From: Macrostomum hystrix
Taxonomy: Eukaryota > Animalia > Platyhelminthes
NCBI GenBank assembly: GCA_950097015.1
Contig: CATNEN010000012.1
Span: 1,736,001-1,800,000, forward strand
DNA: 64,000 nt
Direction: 5' to 3'
Shown: positions 35,601 to 47,243 of the stretch, in pieces
Numbering within the stretch: position 1 is the first letter of the stretch
Layout: each line of letters begins with the position of its first letter
The notes under the pieces: generated by a model
What the model was told of the DNA's origin: nothing
What the model saw: only the letters and a program-made list of their open reading frames with translations
Databases searched by the model: none
Position numbers and translations under genes: made by a program

Positions 35601-38600
35601 GGGTGCAGGGGATTGAGTAGGTTGGAGGGGATTGAGTAGGTTGGAGGGATTGAGTAGGGTGCAGGGGATTGAGTAGGGTGCAGGGGATTGAGTAGGTTGG
35701 AGGGGATTGAGTAGGGTGCAGGGGACAGAAAGTATTCCTAGACATGTGATCCCTTATGTAGAGATGAACTTCTTTACTATTTTCAGCGAGCCCTGACGAT
35801 CCAAGTGTAACACAGATCTCTCTCAACGATTCGATGACCAACTGGATGCAACTGGAACCAGCCAGTTTGATGGTGAGGCAGATGCTACGAGCGTAAAGTA
35901 ATCGCATTTTCACGTATTTTTGAAGCCTCAGTATCAAACTCAAAACAAAAATCTCGTCTGAACTGTTCAGATCTCTTACAGTGCGGCGAGGACTGCCAAC
36001 TCCACACTGAGGCTGCAGGTCATTGGCTACTCTGAAGCTGGTCTAGGCCGACTGGATAGGGCCGAGGACTTGGCCGTGAGTTCTTTAGATGACTGTTTGT
36101 TCTTTGGATAATGACTGTTTGTCTGTATTCGAACCAGAATCTCACTGTCAATCTTTGTGTCAGTGTGAGGCTCTCAACGTTAATCTTTGTGTCAGTGTGA
36201 GGCTCTCAACGTTAATCTTTGTGTCATTGTGAGGCTTTCAACGTTAATCTTTGTGTCATTGTGAGGCTCTCAACGTTAATCTTTGTATCATTGTGAGGCT
36301 CTCAAGGTTAATCTTTGTTTCAGTGTTAGGCTCTCAACGTTAATCGTTGTGTCTTTGTGAGGCTCTCAACATTAATTTTTGTATCATTGTGAGGCTCTCA
36401 ACGTTAATCTTTGTATCATTGTGAGGCTCTCAAGGTTAATCTTTGTTTCAGTGTGAGGCTCTCAACGTTAATATTTGTTTCAGTGTGAGGCTCTCAACAT
36501 TAATCTTTCTGTCAGTGTGAGGCTCTCAACGTTAATATTTGTGTCAGTGTGAGGCTCTCAACGTTAATCTTCGTGTCAGTGTGAGGCTCTCACAGTTAAA
36601 CTTCGTCTCATGTATCATTCTCAAAATCGCACACAGATCCTTACCAAAGTGCTCTATGAGGGACCTGCCAGCAGCTCTGGCAGCATGAATCTCGCCGGCA
36701 AGACGGTGCGGTGCGCCGCTGGCAACGCCGACTGCGAGAACTATCACCTGGGCTACCTGCAGATTGTTGATGACGCAACACCAAAAAAGTACGTTGATCT
36801 GGCTAAGTTTTTTAATCGGACTTCCCCAGTAGTAACATGCGTACAAGCGTTACTCACTCAAAGACAAATCCCAACCCTATTTCTCCTTGCACAGCAAGCT
36901 GAAGTCTCGCATAGTGCCTCTGGGCTGGTTTGTGCATCCCTACTACCTGGACAAGCAGCAACTGACCTGGCCAGCAGCCAAGTGCAAGGCCTGGCACGAG
37001 GCCAAGTCGAGTCCCGAGGCGCGTCGAGTTGCGGTCGCCCTTGAGCAGCTGGCCTGCCCCAGTCAGCTCAACCAAGCCCTGGCCGATCCCGGACAGTACA
37101 TGCCAGCCACTTACTGTCCGAGCCTTCCGGGCGGCTGCGGATCCGCCACTTCAAGCGATCTGTGCCTTGTATCTACGCCCGGACTCGAGTGAGTGCTGCA
37201 ATGTCCCTGTGTTTACCTGTGTGGATCATTGAGACTCAACAGCGAGGCTGTTGTATCAGTGCCAGTGTAAGGCTCTCAACGTGTTATAACAGTGCCAGTG
37301 TGAGGCTCTCACCGTTTTGTATCAGTGCTAGTGTGAGGCTCTCACCGTGTTTAATCAGTGCCAGTGTGAGGCTCTCAAAGTGTTATAACGGTGCCAGTGT
37401 GAGGCTCTCACCGTGTTGTATCAGTGCTAGTGTGAGGCTCTCACCGTTTTGTATCAGTGCTAGTGTGAGGCTCTCACCGTGTTTAATCAGTGCCAGTGTG
37501 AGGCTCTCAAAGTGTTATAACGGTGCCAGTGTGAGGCTCTCACCGTGTTGAAACAGTGCCACTGTGAGGCTCTCAACGTGTTGAATCAGTGCCAGTGTGA
37601 AGCTCTCACCGTGTTGTATCAGTACTAGTGTGAGGCTCTCGCTGTCTTGTAATAGTTGCCAGTGTGAGGCTCTGATTGTCTTTTTCGGCACTCTCTTCAA
37701 ACCCCACCGCCACCCCCGCCAGCACGCTGATCCAGGGAGTGCCTGCCGCGGTCTGCTGCTACAGCAAGAGCACGGGCAGCCTGATCTACCAGGAGCAGTA
37801 CAAGGAATCCGGCACCATGATGGTCTCTGGCAGCCTGCGCTCTCATCCCAACGGTCAGCTGTTGTCACGAGCCGCTGGCCAGCCCCTGCTACCTGGCCAG
37901 GCGTCCTACCTGTCCACCTGGTTCTGGGATGCCCTGCCAAAGCTCCACTGCTGCAGCTGGTCTCCCGGCAGCGGCGACTGTCAGCTGCGCTTTATGCAGG
38001 CGCGCCCGACACCTCGAAATTCGCTGTACCAGCCCAGCCGGCCCAGCTTCATGGTCGGAGATCCCCACCTCACCAGCTTCGTTGGCCGTCAGTTCCTATT
38101 CAATGGATTGGGAGAATACTGGCTGCTGCAGTCCGACAAAAAGCTGTCTGTCCAGGCGCGCTTTCTGTACGGCTTCATCACTGAAGGCGCCAGCTTCATG
38201 ACGGCCATTGTTGTCCAACCGAAGCCGGGCGCCGACATTGTTGAAGTTCTGGCGATGCCAGGCGAGCCGGCAACGTTCAGCGTTATGTACCGTCAGGCGG
38301 ACTACACGTCCAGTCAGGTGAGGATTAGCACTGTATGAGTGAGGATTAGCACTGTTTGAGTGAGGATTAGCACAGCATGAGTGAGGATTAGCACAGTATG
38401 AGTGAGGATTAACACTGTATGAGTGGGGATTAACACTGTATTAGTGGGGATTAACACTGTATGAGTGGGGATTAACACTGTATTAGTGGGGATTAACACT
38501 GTATGAGTGGGGATTAACACAGCATGAGTGAGGATTAGCACTGTATGAGTGGGGATTAGCACTGTATGAGTGAGGATTAGCACTGTATGAGTGGGGATTA

Positions 38601-41600
38601 ACACAGCATGAGTGAGGATTAACACTGTATGAGTGAGGATTAACACTGTATGAGTGAGGATTAGCACTGTATGAGTGAGGATTAGCACTGTATGAGTGAG
38701 GATTAACTCTGTATGAGTTGGGATTAACTCTGTATGAGTTGGGGATTAACATTGCATCAAGTGTTAAGTTAATTTTTAAGCCTTGCTACCTCAAAGTCGT
38801 GCTCACATTTTTCAGAGTGTCTCGGTCGATTTGTCGGCGAGCAATCCGCCACTGCTACTGATGAACGGCATCAGTGCTCAGCTGAATTCCTCTGGTAATC
38901 TGCTCCTGCGGGTGTCAGATGGAGCCGATTTTGTTGGCATAAATCTCAGGTGAGCACAGGACTCATTAAAATTGAAGTGAACTGAGCAAACAGAGAATCG
39001 CATAAAACTGCAGACTGGTCACGGTAGCGAGCAACATGACCTACATGGACATGCACCTGACGCTGTCGCCGTCTTTAAAAAGCCGCACCCGCGGCCTACT
39101 GGGCCAGTGGACAGACGATCCGGCCAAGGAGTTCGTTGACATCAGCGGCAAAACTGTGCCATTCAACAGCAGCAGTCTGGCCCAGTTTGACGCCGACTTT
39201 TGCGTCAACAATCGGCTAACAGGAGTCAACGAGAGCCTGTTTGGCTACAGCGGCAGTGGGACTAGAGCCGTGGGCTTCTCGGAAATCACCAACAATATCA
39301 AAAACTTCAAGCCGGTGTTCGAAGCCGCCAGCCTGCCAAGCCAGCCGCAGGAAGCTTCCGTCTGCGGCAGCAGCCCCGACTGCATCTTCGACTATCGTGT
39401 AACAAAGAGCCAAGCTGTGGCTGCGGCTACGGCGAATAATGGGCGACTGTATGGCGAACTGCGATTAGCCAGCGAGGCTAACGGTGAGTGACAGGGTTAC
39501 CATAGCAATAAAATGTGTCATTTTGATCCTACTGAGACCCTACCCTGAAGTAGAGACCCTATCCTGAAGTAGAGACCCTACCCTGAAGTAGAGACCCTAC
39601 CCTGAAGTAGAGACCCTACCCTGAAGTAGAGACCGTATCCTGAAGTAGAGACCCTACCCTGAAGTAGAGACCCTATCCTGAAGCAGAGACCCTACCCTGA
39701 AGTAGAGACTCTATCCTGAAGCAGAGACCCTACCCTGAAGTAGAGACCCTACCCTGAAGTAGAGATCCTACCCTGAAGTAGAGATCCTACAATAAAGTAG
39801 AGACCCTACCCTGAAGTAGAGACCCTACCCTGAAGTAGAGACCCTACCCTGAAGTAGAGACCCTACCCTGAAGTAGAGACCCTACCCTGAAGTAGAGATC
39901 CTACAATAAAGTAGAGACCCTATCCTGAAGTAGAGACCCTACCCTGAAGTAGAGACCCTACCCTGAAGTAGAGACCCTACCCTGAAGTAGAGACCCTACC
40001 CTGAAGTAGAGACCCTACCCTAAAGTAGAGACCCTACCCTGAAGTAGAGACCCTATCCTGAAGTAGAGACCCTATCCTGAAGTAGAGACCCTACCCTGAA
40101 GTAGAGACCCTACCCTGAAGTAGAGACCCTACCCTGAAGTAGAGACCCTACCCTGAAGTAGAGACCCTACCCTGAAGTAGAGACCCTATCCTGAAGTAGA
40201 GACCCTACCCTGAAGTAGAGACCCTATCCTGAAGTAGAGACCCTATCCTGAAGTAGAGACCCTATCCTGAAGCAGAGACCCTATCCTGAAGTAGAGACCC
40301 TATCCTGAAGTAGAGACCCTATCCTGAAGCAGAGACCCTACCCTGAAGTAGAGATCCTACAATGAAGTAGAGACACTACCCTGAAGTAGAGACTCTACCC
40401 TGAAGTAGAGACCCTACCCTGAAGTAGAGACCCTATTCTGAAGCAGAGACCCTACCCTGAAGTAGAGACCCTATCATGAAGCAGAGACCCTACCCTGAAG
40501 TAGAGATCCTACAATGAAGTAGAGACACTACCCTGAAGTAGAGACTCTACCCTGAAGTAGAGACCCTACCCTGAAGTAGAGACCCTATTCTGAAGCAGAG
40601 ACCCTACCCTGAAGTAGAGACTCTATCCTGAAGCAGAGACCCTACCCTGAAGTAGAGACCCTACCCTGAAGTAGAGACCCTACCCTGAAGTAGAGACCCT
40701 ACCCTGAAGTAGAGACCCTACCCTGAAGTAGAGATCCTACAATAAAGTAGAGACCCTATCCTGAAGTAGAGACCCTACCCTGAAGTAGAGACCCTACCCT
40801 GAAGTAGAGACCCTACCCTAAAGTAGAGACCCTACCCTGAAGTAGAGACCCTACCCTAAAGTAGAGACCCTACCCTGAAGTAGAGACCCTATCCTGAAGT
40901 AGAGACCCTACCCTGAAGTAGAGACCCTACCCTGAAGTAGAGACCCTACCCTGAAGTAGAGACCCTACCCTGAAGTAGAGACCCTACCTTGAAGTAGAGA
41001 CCCTACCCTGAAGTAGAGACCCTATCCTGAAGTAGAGACCCTACCCTGAAGTAGAGACCCTATCCTGAAGTAGAGACCCTATCCTGAAGTAGAGACCCTA
41101 TCCTGAAGTAGAGACCCTATCCTGAAGCAGAGACACTACCCTGAAGTAGAGACTCTACCCTGAAGTAGAGATCCTACCCTGAAGTAGAGATCCTACAATA
41201 AAGTAGAGACCCTACCCTGAAGTATTGACCCTACCCTGAAGTAGAGACTCTACCCTGAAGTAGAGACCCTACCCTGAAGTAGAGACCCTATCCTGAAGCA
41301 GAGACCCTACCCTGAAGTAGAGACCCTATCCTGAAGCAGAGACCCTACCCTGAAGTAGAGACCCTATCCTGAAGCAGAGACCCTACCCTGAAGTAGAGAC
41401 CCTATCCTGAAGCAGAGACCCTACCCTGAAGTAGAGATCCTACAATGAAGTAGAGACACTACCCTGAAGTAGAGACTCTACCCTGAAGTAGAGACCCTAC
41501 CCTGAAGTAGAGACCCTATTCTGAAGCAGAGACCCTACCCTGAAGTAGAGACCCTATCCTGAAGTAGAGACCCTACCCTGAAGTAGAGACCCTATCCTGA

Positions 41601-44600
41601 AGTAGGGACCCTACCCTGAAGTAGGGACCCTAGCTTGACCTTGACCTTGAAGCTTGACCTTGAAGCTTGACCTTGAAGCTTGATCTTGAACTTGAAGCTT
41701 GACCTTGAAGCTTGACCTTGAAGCTTGACCTTGAAGCTTGATCTTGAACTTGAAGCTTGACCTTGAAGCTTGACCTTGAAGCTTGACCTTGAAGCTTGAC
41801 CTTGATCACTGTTTTCTCGATCAGCTTCGACCTGCGACGTGCCGGCCTTGCCGGGCCTCTACATCGACCGGGTTCTGTCTGTTGGCGCCAGCCTTACGCT
41901 GACGTGCTCGCAGCCGCTAGTGCCAGTCAGATCGGGCCTGACAATCGTGTGCACCCGGCTGAGCAGTGGCAACCTGACCTGGCAACCGGACCCAACCGGA
42001 CTGGGCTTCCAGTGCCAGCTGTCAACCGCTAACCAGGCTAATCAGGCTAACATCGGCCTGATTGTGGGCATTGCGGTGCCCTGCTTCATACTGTTGCTGG
42101 TGGCCATTGTGCTCATCATTATTTTCGTGCGTAGACGCGGAGACGACAAGCCGTGAGTTTTATGTGTTTAATTGACGAGGCCGCCTGTACAAGAACTTAT
42201 AGCTTGTAGAAATCAAACTGGACTACCTAGTTTCCAGTCTAATCACCAGTCAATAGGTATTCACTGGTCTTAGTTCAGTGGTTCATGACCTGTACGCTCG
42301 TAGATTACTATTGAGAAGAGAAGAGAAGAGAAGGCTTTGGGGCTTGGGTTAAGTGTTAAAGTTAAGGTTAGGGTTAGGGTGCAATTTGCGCCCTTGAGGG
42401 CCAACCTCCAAGGCACAGTGAAGTGTACACTGCCTGAAGATGAGAAAGTCAGGGCAGATGTACACACTTGTGTGAGCGTGTGTCTCCGTATGGTATCTGT
42501 GTGCTTGTGTGCTCAGGAGTCAGCGAAATGGGCAGAATTGCATCCTCGCTGACTGCCGGTCTAGTGTCACCAAATGATGTGACATTGCCTGCAGCCCTGC
42601 TGCAATTATTAATGATTATTATTAGCAGGCATTCCTAGCTTCCTTGATTCGGTCTATGCAGTCGAACCAACCCCTCGATACGCATCTCAGTCCAGCTCCG
42701 GGTCCCCAGGTGCCAATGACGTCACCGCCAGCATCAAGGTAGACAGCGGCAGATGAATAAAAATGCGGCCTCTTAGTTTGGCAACAGTTCAATCTGTTCT
42801 CATTTACAGAATCCCTTGAATATTATTTTGTATTTTACAAACCTTTATACTTAAAATTTTACCTGATATTTATTCGTCATGTAGACAAATTTTATTTAAT
42901 AAATTATTGTTCAAACAAATCTAAAATCTGTGGCTAAGGATTAATAAAGTGGCTAACTAGGCACTAATTGAAGGTTTAGCTAGGCTAAAATCAGACAGAA
43001 CCGATCACAGTTTTTGTTTATCTGAACTATTTTCATTACAGCGATGGCGCCCAACGCAGACTTGTTGGCGGTTTAGTATATCAGTGAGAACAAGAGTTGG
43101 CCTTGGACTCTTAGACTACGCTTGTAGAAGCAGATTTCGATTTCGCAAATAAATTTGCTGACGCAAGGCAGATAACGATTGGGCTAGTTGATTTTACTTA
43201 GTGAAATACCGAGTTCTTCTTTATCGTCTAGCACCTGTATTTACTGAACATCGATCTGTATTCTTAGTGTCAACCAGTACTCTAAGAATATTCCGGGTAT
43301 AAGTATATGCCTGTTTTCTTAGAATATACCAGCAATTCTTAGAAATCAAATGTGCTGTATTCTAAGAATATCTGCTTGTTTTCTAAGAATATGTACCAGT
43401 AGCTCTTGGAAAACGAGCGGTATTGTTAGAAATATATATCTACCTGTATTCTTCGTAGAACATTAATAGAACATTCGTTGAACCTTTGTTGAAATTTGAT
43501 AGAACATTCGTAGAACATTCGTAGAACATTCGTAGAACATTCGTAGAACATTTATAGAACATTTATAGAACATTCGTAGAAAATTAATAGAACATTAATA
43601 GAACATTAATAGAACATTCGTAGAACATTAATAGAACATTCGTAGAACATTAATAGAATATTCATAGAAAATTTGTTGAAATTTGATAGAACATTCGTAG
43701 AACATTCGTAGAACATCCGTAGAACATTCGTAGAACATTAATAGAACATTTATAGACCATTCCTAGAAAATTAATATAACATTAATAGAACATTAATAGA
43801 ACATTCGTAGAACATTAATAGAATATTCATAGAAAATTTGTAGAAAATTAATAGAAAATTCGTAGAACATTCGTAGAACATTCGTAGAACATTAATGGAA
43901 CATTCGTAGAACATTCGTAGAACATTCGTAGAACATCTAGCAGCACTCTAGGAATATATGCAGTCATGCAGCACCCAATTGTATTATTTAAGACTCTGAT
44001 TTCCTGTGTTTGGGAGCACGTTGTGTATTTTACGAAAAACTCTTACAATAAAAGAATGCATGGTACGCTCGTAAATGACAGTGTCGACCAACTGCCGGTG
44101 CCCAAAACTCCCTGCGTTTCGTATTGGTTGCATACATTCAATCACATTGTATTGTGCTAAAAAATCTCTAAATTCATATTATCGTTCATAATAACATGTA
44201 CCATCATCGCGCAAAAAATAGTATAAAAATAGTACTTCGTACATATACACGAGCATAGCCTGGTCTATACCATGTTATCAATTGCTATATAAATTGTTAA
44301 TATTTTTATCTATTCCACAGAGTGCAGGCGACAAGGGAGGAGAATAAAATCTTCCTGCCCGGAAACCGAAGGTAGGCAACTGGCCCGGAGCCAAGAAACC
44401 TGGTCGTGAAAGCTTTCAAAATTTGTTTCTTTTTAATAATTAGATTTTTGTTATCTGGTTACTGGTCGCAGGGTATTCTCACTTCCAGTTTAACACCCGT
44501 CTCAAGTTCCAGCTAACCGAAAATATGAGTTTTTTATCTCGCTACTCAGAAAAAATTAACGAATGTTTTAGAATGATTTAGAATATACTGGAATTTTAGT

Positions 44601-45456
44601 CCAGTGGAAAAATACTATAGATTTAAAATAAATCTTCTCGTAACTGGAGTGCAGAACGGTGAAGTTTCACTCATTATTGAAAAGCGCCGGTGTTCCTGTG
44701 TGCCTAAAAAGTCAATTTAAAAAGGCGTTTGCCAACAATTTTATTAATACTGACAGCAAAAGGCATAGTATCAATTGAATTGCTCCTCCAGCACTAACCA
44801 GCCGCAGTCTGGCGAGCCGATAATGGCGAAGGTCCAGCCGCCGCACCAGTACCAGGCGCCGAACATCTACGAGGGCGATAGGCGCAATCCTCGTAGCATG
44901 CCGCCGGCTCAGACAGCCGCAGCCCACAGTCCGACCGCATACAGCGGGGTGTCCAACGCGTATCCAGACGACAATAAAGATGGACAGTTTCTGCCGATGC
45001 CGGCTCATCACCCGAGAAGCGGTGTGACGCCGCCGCCGCAGCTGCCGCAGCAACAACATCCAGTGCCGGCGCAGAGACGTAAGAAACTATATTATAGGCC
45101 AACTTTGTTAACAAAAATAGATTGAAGCTGGCTTCCGACTCTTAGGTCTCAAATTTGCCGATTTATTTTTATGTATTGATTTTATGGAATCTTTTAAGGA
45201 GTTCCATCTTCCATCCATCCATCCATCTCTTGGAAACTTTTGTTTAAGCTAATGAAATAATACTGTACTACCCGCTGACTCAATTCCTACAGGCAGCTTT
45301 GATAGGTCGCAGCGAGATCATGTGAACATGCAAGATGACCAAGGCGCTTATCCGCGCCAGTACGAGCCGCAGCAGCAGCATCAGCCGCCGCCGGTACACC
45401 AGAAACCAAAGCCCACCAAGCCTAGACCGACAGTCAGTCACTCGGAGGTTGTCTGA
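29660..45456 (+). CDS. mesh: Mesh/SUSD2/MUC4-like type I membrane protein (SP-NIDO-IPT-AMOP-VWD-Sushi-TM-Pro/Gln tail), about 1221 aa
   Basis: Exons 29660-29702, 30114-30232, 31247-31522, 33858-33962, 34040-34496, 35787-35872, 35971-36075, 36637-36788, 36895-37188, 37723-38317, 38816-38949, 39014-39483, 41825-42152, 44321-44371, 44792-45078, 45293-45456; all GT-AG, phase-consistent, 3666 nt. Motifs: NTFQVAI (NIDO), LGG..ILSGRC (IPT), AKCKAWH/ACP/CCYS (AMOP), GDPH..F.GLGEY (VWD), Sushi Cys pattern, IGLIVGIAVPCFILLLVAIVLIIIF TM then RRR. Confidence 0.88.
30320..31130. repeat. 17-bp minisatellite (GACTCGATTCTAGGAAT), mesh intron 2
   Basis: About 47 degenerate copies. Confidence 0.96.
31605..33790. 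repeat. 19-bp minisatellite (CCCTGAAGTAGAGACCCTA), mesh intron 3
   Basis: About 115 copies. Confidence 0.98.
34510..35725. repeat. 19-20-bp G-rich minisatellite (GAGTAGGGTGCAGGGGATT), mesh intron 5
   Basis: Begins about 15 nt after the donor; GGG/GGGG tracts on the sense strand. Confidence 0.96.
36140..36600. repeat. 32-bp minisatellite with CAGTGTGAGGCTCTCA core, mesh intron 7
   Basis: About 14 copies. Confidence 0.96.
37250..37670. repeat. 33-bp minisatellite with the same CAGTGTGAGGCTCTCA core, mesh intron 9
   Basis: About 13 copies. Confidence 0.96.
38318..38745. repeat. 21-bp minisatellite whose first unit is the 5' splice site (GTGAGGATTAGCACTGTATGA), mesh intron 10
   Basis: About 20 copies starting at intron base 1. 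Confidence 0.96.
39530..41635. repeat. 19-bp minisatellite, same family as intron 3 array, mesh intron 12
   Basis: About 110 copies, same orientation, with extra variants (GAGATCCTACAATAAAGTA). Confidence 0.98.
41632..41805. repeat. 13-bp repeat (GCTTGACCTTGAA) abutting the acceptor of the Sushi/TM exon
   Basis: About 13 copies fused directly to the 19-bp array. Confidence 0.95.
42328..42624 (+). mobile_element. tRNA-derived SINE family A, 5'-truncated, with telomere-like insert
   Basis: Body and (TTA)n tail match 52152-52521; degenerate TTAGGG-like stretch at about 42345-42380. Confidence 0.88.
43490..43940. repeat. 11-bp minisatellite (TAGAACATT[CG/AA])
   Basis: About 40 degenerate copies. 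Confidence 0.95.
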
Positions 45457-46884
45457 GAGAACGAGACGAGTCGTGAGAAACAAAAACGTTAACAACACGT
45501 TGCCTTTTTTAAGACTGCTACTAAATATTCAATCTGAACGAAACTTTCTGTGCTAAATCGAAAATAAAACTTTACCAGTTTTTAGTTAACCAGCTGTACA
45601 TGCAAAAGTACATTATCTGACGCATACTTGTTTATTGCTTCTAAATATTCCTAAAATTAGCAATTTTAAACGTGGCTTCTTAACAGTGGATTGTGTTTTC
45701 ACTTAGAAAATGGTTCACTAAAGGAAAAAGGAAAGCTGTTCGGTTGCTTGTTTCAACGCCATTCCATTTAAAATCGCAGTACCGCAACTGTAACTTAAAT
45801 TACATAGTGCAATATACCTATGGCACACTTTTATAACTACAAGTTTTTTCTAATCTTCGTAGCCCTGAATTCATTGTAATTTACATTGATTTCTATTTAT
45901 ATTTATAATCGGTTGTCACTTATCTTCGACATCTAAAGCCTGAAACTATTATTGAACCCTATTCTACCTGTGCTACCTGTGTTACGTAGATTTTTTAGTT
46001 TGGATATCGAGATCCCATTATTTATAAGTGTGCTAATCAGACTGGACAAAGGCTGTGTGAATTGTGTTCAATTGACCTATATTGTCTTTATACGAGTATA
46101 GTAAACAAAACAATAAACATCGAAATTGAAACCTCCGTTTAATTTAGATTACTTTTTGTGTTCTTTAATATTGAATTAATGGGAGCATTGAATGATATTA
46201 CATTCAGTAAGAAATTTGCCACTATTATATATCCATCAGGTTCAGATTCGGCTCCGAAATGTAAAACTCTGGCAGCCGAGATTCGGGAATAAAAACAGAA
46301 CAAATTTGATCCCGAATTAAAAAATTGGGAATGCCAACATCAGCTGTAATTGGAATGTGATTCACAAAATTAAAAAAAGAAGAGGTTCGGACATTTATAA
46401 GAGATTCCGTTAAAAATAAATAGAGAACCCGTTGTGCAAGAAACCAATGCACTGTTTGTTTTAGTCGATGCCTCAACAGGGCCGGAATGATCAAGGACAA
46501 GCAGGTAAGAATAAAAACTAGCTTCGATACTCGTATTACTGTACACTTTTCAGCGAGAGGGCGGTGAGTGTGTAAACAGAGCAATAAAAGTTAATAGCAA
46601 TCGATTCTTATATATAAAAACAGCAAGCATGCACAATAAACAATAAGAATTAAAGCACAAATACAGAATTGGAAACAAATTAACAGGATGATAGAACGAT
46701 GTCCACTTGTCGGTAACTTTCTAACTAAAATAGATCAACACGCTCCTTTATCTACTACTGACTCTTACAAAAAGTAAGTAGATAATTTGGAGTAACTGAA
46801 AAAATGATAGTTAACAACGAGTAATTTTTGTTAATTAAATATTGTCAACAAAGTCGCTAGGGAGACACAATTTAATGGGAGAAT

Positions 46885-47170
46885 CCAAACAGCCTTGTGG
46901 TAAGAGGGTCGAACTCGAGACTTAAAGGTCGCGGGTTCGATTCTTGACTTCCACAGGAACAATTTGTGTCCTTTGGCAATAAACTTTAGTAAAGTTCACC
47001 CAGCAGTTAAATGGGTACTAGCATTAGCTAATTGAGGGTGGGTGTGGTGGGTGTCTTCCCAGTCCATGGACTGAACAGCCGTACGCAGCCTTCAGCGCAA
47101 GAGCTGCGGCTGTGCTATCCGCACATATGGCCCAATTTAGGCAGGTGTAATCAGCTATTATAGTAAGTAT
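46885..47170 (+). mobile_element. Second tRNA-derived SINE (CORE-like central domain)
   Basis: A-box-like GCCTTGTGGTAAG, B box GGTTCGATTC, then TGTGTCCTTTGGCAATAAACTTTA resembling the CORE consensus and CACCCAGCAGTTAAATGGGTAC. Confidence 0.65.
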
Positions 47171-47243
47171 TCTAATTAACATACTACAAAAGCTGAACAG
47201 TTTTAGAAAGTTATTAATGAAAAAATAAGACCAAAGTACTTTC

